DNA of 64,000 bases from Dehalococcoidia bacterium (GCA_022827095.1 JAJDTP010000011.1:1230-65229), one strand, 5' to 3'. Shown: positions 24,466 to 33,018, numbered from the stretch's first letter. The notes: generated by a model not told the origin, from the sequence alone. Program-made: numbers and translations.

Positions 24466-26766
24466 GTGAAGATACAATCCGACGGTATGATCGAACTCCG
24501 CGATTACCAGCATGACCTGCTCCGGGAGGTGCAGAACGGGCTGGCCGCCGTGCCCAGTGCCCGGTTGATGCTGCAACTGCCCACCGGCGGCGGCAAAACC
24601 GTCATCGCCGGCGCGCTGCTGGCCGATTGGCTGCAAGGTGGGCGCAAAGCTGTCTGGCTCACCCACCGCAAGGAACTAGCCGAGCAGACCCGGCGGATGC
24701 TCACCGACGCCGGCGTCTCCGCCATCACCAACGTCAACTGGACGCCCGGCGAGGACGCTCCGGCCATGGCCGGCGGTGCGGTGATTCTCATGGCCCAGAC
24801 CGTGGGCCGGCGCACCGCCCGCCTACCCCGCCGTCATTCCGGACTTGATCCGGAATCCAAGGGTGGGGTGTGGAACCGCTACACCTCTGACGACCTGCTG
24901 GTCATTGACGAGGCCCACCACGCCGCTGCCGCCGGCTGGGAACGGGCGATGCAGCAGTGGCCCGGCCCCATCGTCGGCATGACGGCCACCCCCTGGCGGC
25001 TGTCCGAAAAGGAAGGGTTCGACCACCTCTTTGACGGCCTGCTCTGCGGCCCCCAGACCGCCGACTTGCAGGCCCTTGACGAGCCGGCCCTGTGCCAGGC
25101 GCAAGTTGTCATCCCGCCCCCGGAGCAGCGCATCGCCGGCGGCGCCGTTGACCGCACCGGCGACTACACCGAGGCTGGCATCGAGCAGGCCAACCGCGAC
25201 CGTCCCGACATTATGACCGCCGGCGCTCTGGCCTTCTGGCAAAAGCACGCCATCGACTCCGCGAACAATCAACGGCCTACCATCGCCTACGCCGTATCCG
25301 TTGACCACGCCCACAACCTGGCCGCCGTGTTCAACGAGGCCAGCGTACCGGCGGCCGTCATCCTGGGCGATACCAACCGGGAGGATCGTGACCGGGCCAT
25401 CGACGGTTTCCGTGACGGCAGCGTCAAAGTGCTGGTCAACGTGATCGTCGCCACCGAGGGGTTCGACCTGCCCGACGCATCCTGCATCATCATTGCCCGC
25501 CCCACCATGAGCCTGGCCCTGTACCTGCAAATGGTGGGCCGGGGTCTGCGCCCCAAACCCGACGGTGGTGACTGCATCCTGCTCGACCTGGCCGCCAACG
25601 CCGTGACCCACGGCCTGCCTGAGGACTACCGCGAATGGTCGCTGGAACCGCGCGGAACGCAAAAGTCTGGTGGTGATGCTCCTGTTGTAGTATGTCTGGA
25701 GTGTCAAACTGTATCACCGGCCGCCAGCCACAATTGTCGAAAATGCGGCTATGCCTTCGGCAAAGACTGCCCTCGCTGCGGACGATGGCGTTCGCATAGA
25801 CGGTGGCAATACGAAACTCACTGTGGCGACAGACACCAACTGGTTTGCGACTATTGCCACATTGACGCGCACATCCAAGCGCATCTGCCCGTCGCTCCAC
25901 CGCTGGATGCCCTGGTTGACCAATACGATCTGGAGGATGAAATGACGTTGCCGAGCGACGTTGAGATTGACGACGAATTGGCCACCGGATTGCTGGCTTT
26001 GTTCAAAGCGTTGCTCGATCAGGAACGGCAGAACGTTGCTGGCGCTGACTACGCACGACGGAACGAACTGCGCTTGTTTATTGAAATGCGTGAGGCGGAA
26101 TTGGGGGATGACGACGAACTGGATACGCTGTTCGGCAAATACATCGCCACCCTGCCCGAAACGGAACGTCCAGACAGCCGAGCGCAAGAAAGCCGTATGT
26201 TCGGCGAATGGGAGGACAATCTCCAGTCAGAATTGACCAGTTGGAAATATGAATTGTCTGAACTGGAAAGCCGTGCCGTTGACAAACAGGCGATTTTCAA
26301 CAGCACGTGGAGTAAGGCGGCATACCTGCTGCGTCGCGCCGCCGAAAGTGAAGAGTTAATGCCTGACTTGCAAGCAATCGACGAGCGATCTGGCCGCAGC
26401 GTTGTTGCTGTGGCAGCTCAAGACGTCGATGGAACGCCCAAGCGTTTTTACATCGGCCCCAATCGCAACGGCACATTCGCAGAATGCGACGTTTACAGCA
26501 GGGACAGAATTATCGTCTTATCAGGCTCAACAGCCACTAAACGCAAACTCAATCAGCATTATTGGAGATACCAAAGGCGGAAAGATCAACTGATAGTGGA
26601 CGGCGTGTTAGTTGACGACGGGCAACTGTACAAATTTGCGGAAGATTACGAATTCAGTTCTACTACTCCCATTGGGGCTATCATATTGGGGAACACTGGT
26701 GTTGGACATGGAAAGGATCATCTGAAAGACGCCGGCGGCATCACTTTTAGGCACTACTTCCCGTAG
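24466..26766 (+). CDS. SF2 (DEAH, Res-III/RadD-like) helicase fused to two zinc ribbons, a coiled-coil linker and a DUF4357-like C-terminal domain
   Basis: 766 aa. Helicase motifs: I LPTGGGKT, II VIDEAHH, III GMTATP, VI QMVGRGLR. Zinc-ribbon cysteines: CLEC..CRKC and CPRC..CDYC (aa 410-464). An acidic helical region spans aa 480-640. The tail (IIVLSGSTA ... LIVDGVL ... YKFAEDYEFSS ... AIILG) resembles DUF4357 from memory. Confidence 0.85.
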   Translation: MKIQSDGMIELRDYQHDLLREVQNGLAAVPSARLMLQLPTGGGKTVIAGALLADWLQGGRKAVWLTHRKELAEQTRRMLTDAGVSAITNVNWTPGEDAPAMAGGAVILMAQTVGRRTARLPRRHSGLDPESKGGVWNRYTSDDLLVIDEAHHAAAAGWERAMQQWPGPIVGMTATPWRLSEKEGFDHLFDGLLCGPQTADLQALDEPALCQAQVVIPPPEQRIAGGAVDRTGDYTEAGIEQANRDRPDIMTAGALAFWQKHAIDSANNQRPTIAYAVSVDHAHNLAAVFNEASVPAAVILGDTNREDRDRAIDGFRDGSVKVLVNVIVATEGFDLPDASCIIIARPTMSLALYLQMVGRGLRPKPDGGDCILLDLAANAVTHGLPEDYREWSLEPRGTQKSGGDAPVVVCLECQTVSPAASHNCRKCGYAFGKDCPRCGRWRSHRRWQYETHCGDRHQLVCDYCHIDAHIQAHLPVAPPLDALVDQYDLEDEMTLPSDVEIDDELATGLLALFKALLDQERQNVAGADYARRNELRLFIEMREAELGDDDELDTLFGKYIATLPETERPDSRAQESRMFGEWEDNLQSELTSWKYELSELESRAVDKQAIFNSTWSKAAYLLRRAAESEELMPDLQAIDERSGRSVVAVAAQDVDGTPKRFYIGPNRNGTFAECDVYSRDRIIVLSGSTATKRKLNQHYWRYQRRKDQLIVDGVLVDDGQLYKFAEDYEFSSTTPIGAIILGNTGVGHGKDHLKDAGGITFRHYFP
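24833..24860. repeat. REP-like hairpin repeat, family 1, copy inside the helicase ORF
   Basis: GTCATTCCGGA-cttga-TCCGGAATCCAA with an 8-bp stem. It encodes RRHSGLDPESKG between helicase motifs I and II. The 10-nt flanks are identical to the copy at 21761-21787. Confidence 0.5.
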
Positions 26767-26952
26767 TGATGACAAATCTCGACTTACCCACCACAACCTA
26801 GAGACAGCCATTCGGCGGGCAGCCGGCGTTTTAACCGCCTTGCCAGCAGAGCCGACCGTACTTGGCTTGGCGGTGCAAAGCCGTATCAACTCACGAGTCG
26901 CAACGGTATAAAATATCCTCACACTTCCCATGCTCCGTAAGGAGGCGCTGTC

Positions 26953-27279
26953 ATGCCCCACTGCTCACAAGGCGAACTACTGGACCGGCTCGCCCACCTC
27001 GTCAAGACCGACCTGCAAGACCAATTCAAAGGTTCCTATGAAATCGGACCCGTGGCGGCTGACCTCCGGCATGACTTCATCTACGAAAGCCCGTACTTCA
27101 GGATCCTGGTTGGATACCGCGGCCAGGACCGGCGACCCGACCCTGCGATCACGGTAGGTATTCCATACCGGCTCCGGCGCGAGCTCGATGAGCTGGGCAT
27201 ATCCTGTTTGTTCACCAGCCTCGTGCCGGAATGCGAATGGGACCATACTGCAGAGGTGATGCACCTTGAACGGCGCTGA
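26953..27279 (+). CDS. hypothetical protein (108 aa), first gene of a three-gene overlapping cassette
   Basis: There is a strong SD (AAGGAGG, 7-nt spacer) and a TATAAA box about 40 nt upstream. No nucleotidyltransferase or other motif was recognised. It overlaps the next gene by 14 nt. Confidence 0.45.
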   Translation: MPHCSQGELLDRLAHLVKTDLQDQFKGSYEIGPVAADLRHDFIYESPYFRILVGYRGQDRRPDPAITVGIPYRLRRELDELGISCLFTSLVPECEWDHTAEVMHLERR

Positions 27280-27727
27280 CCTCATAGACAACGCAAGGCG
27301 GAACGCCAATTTCCCGCAACCTACCGAAGCCGACCTGAAGCGCGCCATCAGCGCCGCTTATTACGCCATGTTCACTGCTCTGGCCGAATCATGTGCCGAC
27401 ACGTTGGTGGGTCAATCGCCAAATGCGCGAAACGCCCGTGAGTGGGTCCTCACTTTCAGGGCGCTCCAGCACGGATACGCCCGCCAACAGTTCGAGCGCC
27501 GGGAAGTGAATCTGTACTCTCCGGCCATCGTCTCGTTCGCTAGAACGTTCACAACGACGCAGGCGATGCGACACGAGGCCGATTACAATCCCGTTTCCCA
27601 ATTTACGCAGCGCCAGGCGAATGACATCATTGACCAAGCCGAGTACGCCATTGACCAATTCATGGCTGCCAGCGAAGACGAAAGGCGACTGTTCGCTGCT
27701 TACGTGCTGATGAGGAATCGATTATGA
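27266..27727 (+). CDS. HEPN-like domain protein (153 aa)
   Basis: TTG start with GAGGTGA upstream. AISAAYYAMFTALAE and RHEADYNPVSQFTQRQANDIIDQAEYAIDQF fit the PF05168-type HEPN pattern (sR.YYA.f ... R..aDY). A canonical Rx4-6H motif is not evident. Confidence 0.55.
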   Translation: MNGADLIDNARRNANFPQPTEADLKRAISAAYYAMFTALAESCADTLVGQSPNARNAREWVLTFRALQHGYARQQFERREVNLYSPAIVSFARTFTTTQAMRHEADYNPVSQFTQRQANDIIDQAEYAIDQFMAASEDERRLFAAYVLMRNRL

Positions 27728-28005
27728 CCGACCAGCAAAAAGCCGAACTAGCCGCCCTGGCCGCGATGTCCGACGATGAGATTGACACCAGCGACATACC
27801 CGAAGTCCCTATAGACTGGTCAAAAGCCCGGCGCGGCGTGTTTTACCGGCTGACCAAGCAGCAGATTACGCTGGATTTGGACGCCGACATAATCGCCTGG
27901 TTCAAGTCCAATGCCAAAACCGACATTGACTGCCAGACTGGCATCAATCAAGTACTGCGGGAGCACGTCCGGCGCGAAAAGGCCCGTATTGCCGCTTCTT
28001 CCTGA
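27724..28005 (+). CDS. brnA: BrnA-family (RHH/CopG-like) antitoxin
   Basis: 93 aa. AMSDDEIDTSDIPEV, ITLDLDADIIAWFKS and TGINQVLREHV match the BrnA_antitoxin pattern. ATGA overlap with the upstream gene. No BrnT (DUF497) gene is present. Confidence 0.75.
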   Translation: MTDQQKAELAALAAMSDDEIDTSDIPEVPIDWSKARRGVFYRLTKQQITLDLDADIIAWFKSNAKTDIDCQTGINQVLREHVRREKARIAASS

Positions 28006-28257
28006 TTCCGTTCTTCCTTCCCCGCGCCGCCCTGCCCAGAAAATCCGGTAAGCCGGCTGATCCTGCATATCCCGGTAAAGGTCTCCTCCTCGCGGCCGGC
28101 AACCGGGTCCGGGTGAGGGCCGTGACGCGCGTGGAGCCACCGTCATCGACGGCATCATGGGTCACATTGCTGCTGATTATTGCCTCGTTCAGCAACGATT
28201 TGCCACCGGCGGCCCTTGTCTCTACAATTCGTGCTTACTGATAGGAGGGAAAATGTC

Positions 28258-28962
28258 ATGAAGGTTTTGGTGATTTCAGGCGGGCGTCATCCCTATGAGG
28301 AGTCGACGCCCATATTGGAGTCTTTTCTCAAGGGCGCCGGACACGACGTCACGGTCACGGAGGACGCCTCGCCGCTGGCGGATCGGTCCGCGATGAGCGG
28401 GTACGATGCGCTGGTTTTCAACACCCGCCGGGAAAACGTGCCCGATTTCGGCGACTGGACGCTTTCAGCGGCGGAAATGGAGGGCCTGCGGGATTACATC
28501 AGCGGCGGTGGCGGGTTCGTCTGCATCCACATCGCCACGTGCGTGGCGGCAGCGTGGCCTGACTACCACGACATTACCGGCGGCGGTTGGATCTCCGGCA
28601 CCAGCTACCATCCGCCCTACGGGCAGTTCACGGTCAACATCAGTCAGGCCGGTCATCCCGGGGCCGAGGGCATCGCTGATTTCTCGACCAACGACGAGCT
28701 GTACATGAACCTGGCGATCAAGGACGGCAACGACGTCTTCCTGACCGGCACGGCCGAAGACGGCACCTGGCCCTGGGGTCCAGACCGGAACCCCACGCAC
28801 ATGCCGGGCGGAACCTATCCGCTGGGATGGACGCGCAAATACGGTGACGGCAACGTCTACGTCCTGCTCTTGGGACACGACGGCAGGAGCTTCGAGACGC
28901 CGGAGTTCCAGCAACTGGTGCTCAACGGCGTGGATTGGGCCGCGGCGAAGGTGGCCGCCTAG
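28258..28962 (+). CDS. ThuA-like (trehalose utilisation, class I GATase-like fold) domain protein
   Basis: ATG 28258 is preceded by AGGAGGG. MKVLVISGGRHPYE, YDALVFNT and GGGFVCIHIA fit ThuA-domain proteins. Confidence 0.65.
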   Translation: MKVLVISGGRHPYEESTPILESFLKGAGHDVTVTEDASPLADRSAMSGYDALVFNTRRENVPDFGDWTLSAAEMEGLRDYISGGGGFVCIHIATCVAAAWPDYHDITGGGWISGTSYHPPYGQFTVNISQAGHPGAEGIADFSTNDELYMNLAIKDGNDVFLTGTAEDGTWPWGPDRNPTHMPGGTYPLGWTRKYGDGNVYVLLLGHDGRSFETPEFQQLVLNGVDWAAAKVAA

Positions 28963-29023
28963 CCCCAGGCGTCGAGGTTTGCTACCGCATCTCGGCGGTC
29001 AGACCGTACACGACTGGCATGAG

Positions 29024-29054
29024 TTGGGGGCGCGCCATAGCGGCGCACCCCCAA
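29024..29054. terminator. 13-bp GC hairpin (one mismatch) followed by TTT, bidirectional terminator candidate
   Basis: TTGGGGGCGCGCC-atagc-GGCGCACCCCCAA-ttt, located between convergent genes ending at 28962 (+) and 29086 (-). Confidence 0.55.
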
Positions 29055-29085
29055 TTTACGGTGTGGCTATTCCCGGCTGCGGTGG

Positions 29086-30255
29086 CTATCCGGCGCGTTG
29101 GGCGTAGGCCTCCCGGGCGCGGTCGATGGCGCGGACGCGTCCGCTCACCAGGTCGTCCTGCCGCTCCTTGGCCCACTGGTTTGACGCCTGGGTGCTGAGG
29201 ACGCTGCCCTGGAAGTGGGGCATGACGTAGCGAGCCATGAGCTCGTAGCTCTTCAGCATCTTGTCCCGGGGCGCCCAGTCGATGGTCTGGACGAGGAACG
29301 CGCCGAAGCCGCCGCTCTGCTCTCCCAGCCGCTCGATGGATTCAATGCAGTCGTCGGGTGTACCGATGATCCAGCTGCCGGTGTCGGCCATGTGGTCAAT
29401 CACCTTATCCAGCGGTCCGTCGAAGACTGGCTTGCGGCCGTTGGTTCCCTCGCTGTATTCCCGCAGGTAGCGGCCGGCGCCCATGCGCGCGTCGTCCAGG
29501 GCTTCCTTCCTAGTCTCGGCGATGTGGCAGGGCAGCACCAGCCGCCAGTCGTCGCGGTTCATGGTGTTGCCGTGCTCCGCGGCTGACTCCTCGGCGATGT
29601 TCCATAGCCCCTGCAGGTCAGACGGGCCGGCGGACGGGTCGCGCGGCACGGTGATGGTCAGGACCGAGCAGCCGTGTTTGCCGGCCAGTGTCACGCCGGC
29701 TGGCGACTGCACCGATGCCACGGAGGTATGCATGTACGGTCGCTGGTAGGGACGAAGCTGGAGCAGGCCATCTTTCAACTCAAACCAGTCGCTCTGATAG
29801 CTGAAAGGTTCCGTCTCGGTGAACAGGCGCAGGATTACGCCGAGTGACTCGTCCATGCGCTCTCGCTGCAGTTCGTGGGGGATGCCCATCATGTAGGCGT
29901 CGCCCGGCAGCGCGCCCGGCCCCACGCCGAAGAGCACACGGCCGTAGGTCATGTGGTCCAGCTGGACCATGCGGTTGGCCACCATCAGCGGATGGTGGTA
30001 CGGCAGGCTGACGACGCCGGTGCCCAGCTTGATGCGGTTGGTGCGCTGGGCGGCGGCGGCGATGAATACCTCGGGCGAGGATATGATCTCCCAGCCGGCG
30101 CTGTGGTGCTCACCGATCCAGGCTTCGTCGAACCCCAGCTTGTCCAGCCATTCGATCAGTTCCAGGTCGCGCTCCATGGCCAGGGTGGGGTTCTCTCCCA
30201 CGCGGTGAAACGGGCCCAGGAAGATGCCAAATTTCATTCGTTCGGGAAACGCCAT
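29086..30255 (-). CDS. luciferase-like monooxygenase (LLM, flavin/F420-dependent), paralog 1
   Basis: 389 aa. MKFGIFLGPFH and GFDEAWIGEHHSAGWE show the TIM-barrel LLM pattern (limonene monooxygenase-like branch). Confidence 0.85.
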   Translation of the reverse strand: MAFPERMKFGIFLGPFHRVGENPTLAMERDLELIEWLDKLGFDEAWIGEHHSAGWEIISSPEVFIAAAAQRTNRIKLGTGVVSLPYHHPLMVANRMVQLDHMTYGRVLFGVGPGALPGDAYMMGIPHELQRERMDESLGVILRLFTETEPFSYQSDWFELKDGLLQLRPYQRPYMHTSVASVQSPAGVTLAGKHGCSVLTITVPRDPSAGPSDLQGLWNIAEESAAEHGNTMNRDDWRLVLPCHIAETRKEALDDARMGAGRYLREYSEGTNGRKPVFDGPLDKVIDHMADTGSWIIGTPDDCIESIERLGEQSGGFGAFLVQTIDWAPRDKMLKSYELMARYVMPHFQGSVLSTQASNQWAKERQDDLVSGRVRAIDRAREAYAQRAG

Positions 30256-30557
30256 GTGGGAACCTCCTCCAATGGCGAATGCGCAGGCGCATTCCGTTAC
30301 GGATTACAGCGGAAGGGGCGACAGACCGCCCCGGATTTGCGCCATTCTGCGCTCGCAGATAAGCCCTGTCAATCGCGCCGAAGCTGGAGCAGCGGTTCAC
30401 ATTCGAGGCGAGCGAACCGCGTTGCCGATCGCCACAGGACGGTCGCAAAGAGGAGTCCGCCGGCTTCGACTTCTGCCAGTGGCGGCTCGGCGTCCGACTG
30501 CCCGGCCCACCGCGGCGGTGGTATGATTCCCTTCAACCCCGTCCGTCGAGGTTCAAC

Positions 30558-31301
30558 ATGACCACTATCCGACCCGCCAATGCGCCGGAGCCTCCAGCCG
30601 AGCGCTTCCGTCTCCCCGACATACCGGAGCGCCACCCTGACGACATGACCAGCGTCGACAACCTGCACCGGCACGGTGCAATTCCCAATATAGCCCAGTA
30701 CCTGGGCAATCCCGACACCACCATCGTCAGCGCCGAGCACTACATCGTGCCCGGCCCAGCCTACGTGGCTAACGAAAGCAGGTATCCGGACCTACTGGTT
30801 GCCTTCGACGCGGATCCCGACGCTTACGTAGCCAGCAACGGTTACATTGTGTCCGAGCAGGGCAAGTCTCCGGACTTCGTGCTGGAGGTGGCATCCAGAC
30901 ACACCGCCGAGGACGATCTGGATGCAAAGATGGACTACTACGAGCGGCTGGGCGTGGCGGAGTACTGGCTGTTCGACAGCGAGGGGCGGTTCTACGGGTT
31001 CACCCTGCGGGGTTACCGGCTGGTGGACGGCGGGTACGAGTCTATAGAAGTGAGCGAAATCAGCCCCGGCGTATTCCAGGGGTACAGCGCAAAGCTGAAC
31101 CTGATCCTGAGGGCGGGGAATCGCTACCTGGGCTGGCTTGACCCGTCCACCGGGGAGCACATCCCGACCCTGGAATCCGAAACGGCCCGGGCCGAGGCGG
31201 AACGCGCCTCTCGCATCCGGGAGAGCACCCGGGCCGACACCGCTGAAGTCCGGGTGCAGGAGTTGGAAGCGGAGTTGCACCGGTTGCGCGAGGGCCGGTA
31301 G
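30558..31301 (+). CDS. Uma2 (DUF820) family putative endonuclease
   Basis: PDLLVAF, PDFVLEVAS, D..AKMDYYERLGVAEYWLFD form the PD-(D/E)xK-type motif set of Uma2. The C-terminal tail is coiled-coil-like. Confidence 0.8.
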   Translation: MTTIRPANAPEPPAERFRLPDIPERHPDDMTSVDNLHRHGAIPNIAQYLGNPDTTIVSAEHYIVPGPAYVANESRYPDLLVAFDADPDAYVASNGYIVSEQGKSPDFVLEVASRHTAEDDLDAKMDYYERLGVAEYWLFDSEGRFYGFTLRGYRLVDGGYESIEVSEISPGVFQGYSAKLNLILRAGNRYLGWLDPSTGEHIPTLESETARAEAERASRIRESTRADTAEVRVQELEAELHRLREGR

Positions 31302-31363
31302 CGCTAGCGCGTCGCTTCGGCGCGTCGAACGCAATCCGTTTGCCCGAATGATGTGGGCTACCA

Positions 31364-33007
31364 ATGTCCGCCATCGCTCGGCTGCTTGTAGACATTCCCC
31401 GGCTCACGTGGGGCTATCTTTTTGAGGGTGCGGCGCGTCCGCCGGCCATCGTTTGGGTCCCGGCCCTGTTGGTGGCGGCCCTGCTGCTCGTTTCCCCGGT
31501 CTACCTCACGCTGCGCACAGTGAGCGCCGGCGAGGACGCCTTTGACCTGATCTTCCGGACTCGTACCCTCTGGGTGGTCGGGCGTACCGTCGCTCTCATG
31601 GTGGCGGTGATGCTGGGCTGCATCGTCATAGCGGCCCCCCTGGCCTGGCTCACGGTGCGCACCGACCTGCCCTGGCGCGGTTTCTGGCGCGTGGCGACCA
31701 TGCTCCCGCTGGCGTTGCCGTCGTACATTGTGGGCTTCCCCATCGTGGTGGGCCTGGGTCCCCGCGGCATCCTTCAGGGGTGGCTGGAGGCGGGCTTCGG
31801 CGTGGAACGGATCCCCAGCATCTACGGATTTACGGGCGCGGCCTTCACGCTGATCATCATCAGTTTTCCCTATGTGCTGCTGCCGGTGCGGGCCGCGCTG
31901 TGGAACATGGATGTTTCGCTGGAGGAGTCGGCGAGAGTCCTGGGCCGCAACCGCTGGCAAACCTTTCGAAGCGTCACGCTCCCCATGCTCAGGCCGGCCA
32001 TCCTGGCAGGTGGGCTGCTCACCGCGCTCTACGCCCTGAGCGACTTTGGCGCGGTGGCCATCATGCGCTACGAGACTTTCACGTGGAGCATCTTCATCCA
32101 GTACGGCGCGGCGCTGAACCGTACCCTGGCCGCCGCTTGGTCACTGTCGCTGATCGTGCTGGCCTTGGCGGTGGTCTGGGGCGAAAACACCGCTCGCAAC
32201 AATATGGGCGGTATGTACTATCGCAGCCGCGGAGGCGCGACCCGACTGCCCGAGCCGATACCACTGGGGCGTTGGCGCTGGCCCGCCCTGGGGTATTGCA
32301 GTTCAGTGTTGGCAGTTTCCATAGGATTGCCGGTGGTGGTGCTGGTTTACTGGACCATGCGCGGCGTCGCGGCTGGCGAACCGCTGTTGCTGCTGTGGAA
32401 GGCGGCGGCCAACTCGGTCGGTGTCTCGGCGTTGGCTGCGGTTCTCACGGTTTTGTGCGCCGCGCCCATCGCCGTGCTGGCAGTGCGTTATCCGGGACTG
32501 TTCAGCCGGTGGCTGGAACGGCTGGGCTTCGTGGGTTTCGCCCTGCCGGGGATCGTCATCGCATTGGGACTGGTGTATTTCGGCGCAAACTACGCGCCAT
32601 GGCTCTATCAATCTCTGGCGATACTGGCGGTGGCGTACGTGACGCTGTTCCTGCCGGCCGCGGTGGGTTCCCTGCGAACTTCGCTGCTGCAGGTGCGGCC
32701 GGAGTTCGAGGATGCCGCTCGGAGCCTGGGACGGCATCCGCTGTCGGTCCTCCTGACGGTTACGCTGCCGCTGGTGCGACCCGGAATCCTCACGGGCGCT
32801 GCCCTGGTGTTCCTCCTGACTATGAAAGAATTGCCGGCGACGCTGATACTCAGCCCCATCGGCTTCACCACCCTGGCATCGTCGATCTGGGCGGCCTCGC
32901 AGGAAGCGTTCTTCGCCCGGGCGGCGGCGCCGGCGCTGCTGCTGGTTGCGGTCTCGTCGATCCCGCTGGCGTTGATCACCATGCGCGAAGAGCGCCGCGA
33001 TGACTGA
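31364..33007 (+). CDS. two-domain ABC transporter permease (FbpB/ThiP iron(III)/thiamine class)
   Basis: 547 aa, about 12 hydrophobic segments. There are two EAA-type loops (LEESARVLGRNRWQTFRSVTLPML and FEDAARSLGRHPLSVLLTVTLPLV). No ATPase or binding-protein gene is adjacent. Confidence 0.85.
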   Translation: MSAIARLLVDIPRLTWGYLFEGAARPPAIVWVPALLVAALLLVSPVYLTLRTVSAGEDAFDLIFRTRTLWVVGRTVALMVAVMLGCIVIAAPLAWLTVRTDLPWRGFWRVATMLPLALPSYIVGFPIVVGLGPRGILQGWLEAGFGVERIPSIYGFTGAAFTLIIISFPYVLLPVRAALWNMDVSLEESARVLGRNRWQTFRSVTLPMLRPAILAGGLLTALYALSDFGAVAIMRYETFTWSIFIQYGAALNRTLAAAWSLSLIVLALAVVWGENTARNNMGGMYYRSRGGATRLPEPIPLGRWRWPALGYCSSVLAVSIGLPVVVLVYWTMRGVAAGEPLLLLWKAAANSVGVSALAAVLTVLCAAPIAVLAVRYPGLFSRWLERLGFVGFALPGIVIALGLVYFGANYAPWLYQSLAILAVAYVTLFLPAAVGSLRTSLLQVRPEFEDAARSLGRHPLSVLLTVTLPLVRPGILTGAALVFLLTMKELPATLILSPIGFTTLASSIWAASQEAFFARAAAPALLLVAVSSIPLALITMREERRDD

Positions 33008-33018
33008 CGTTCCCGCGA

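Noticed and set aside
30256-30557. Possible small RNA or riboswitch in the 302-bp gap upstream of the Uma2 gene
   Set aside because: It contains several short hairpins but nothing resembling a known riboswitch core. There is not enough evidence to call an RNA gene.
31780-33003. 407-aa alternative-frame ORF inside the ABC permease gene
   Set aside because: It is on the same strand but in a different frame from a permease with clear TM and EAA-loop structure. Its translation is Arg/Gly/Ala-rich low complexity.
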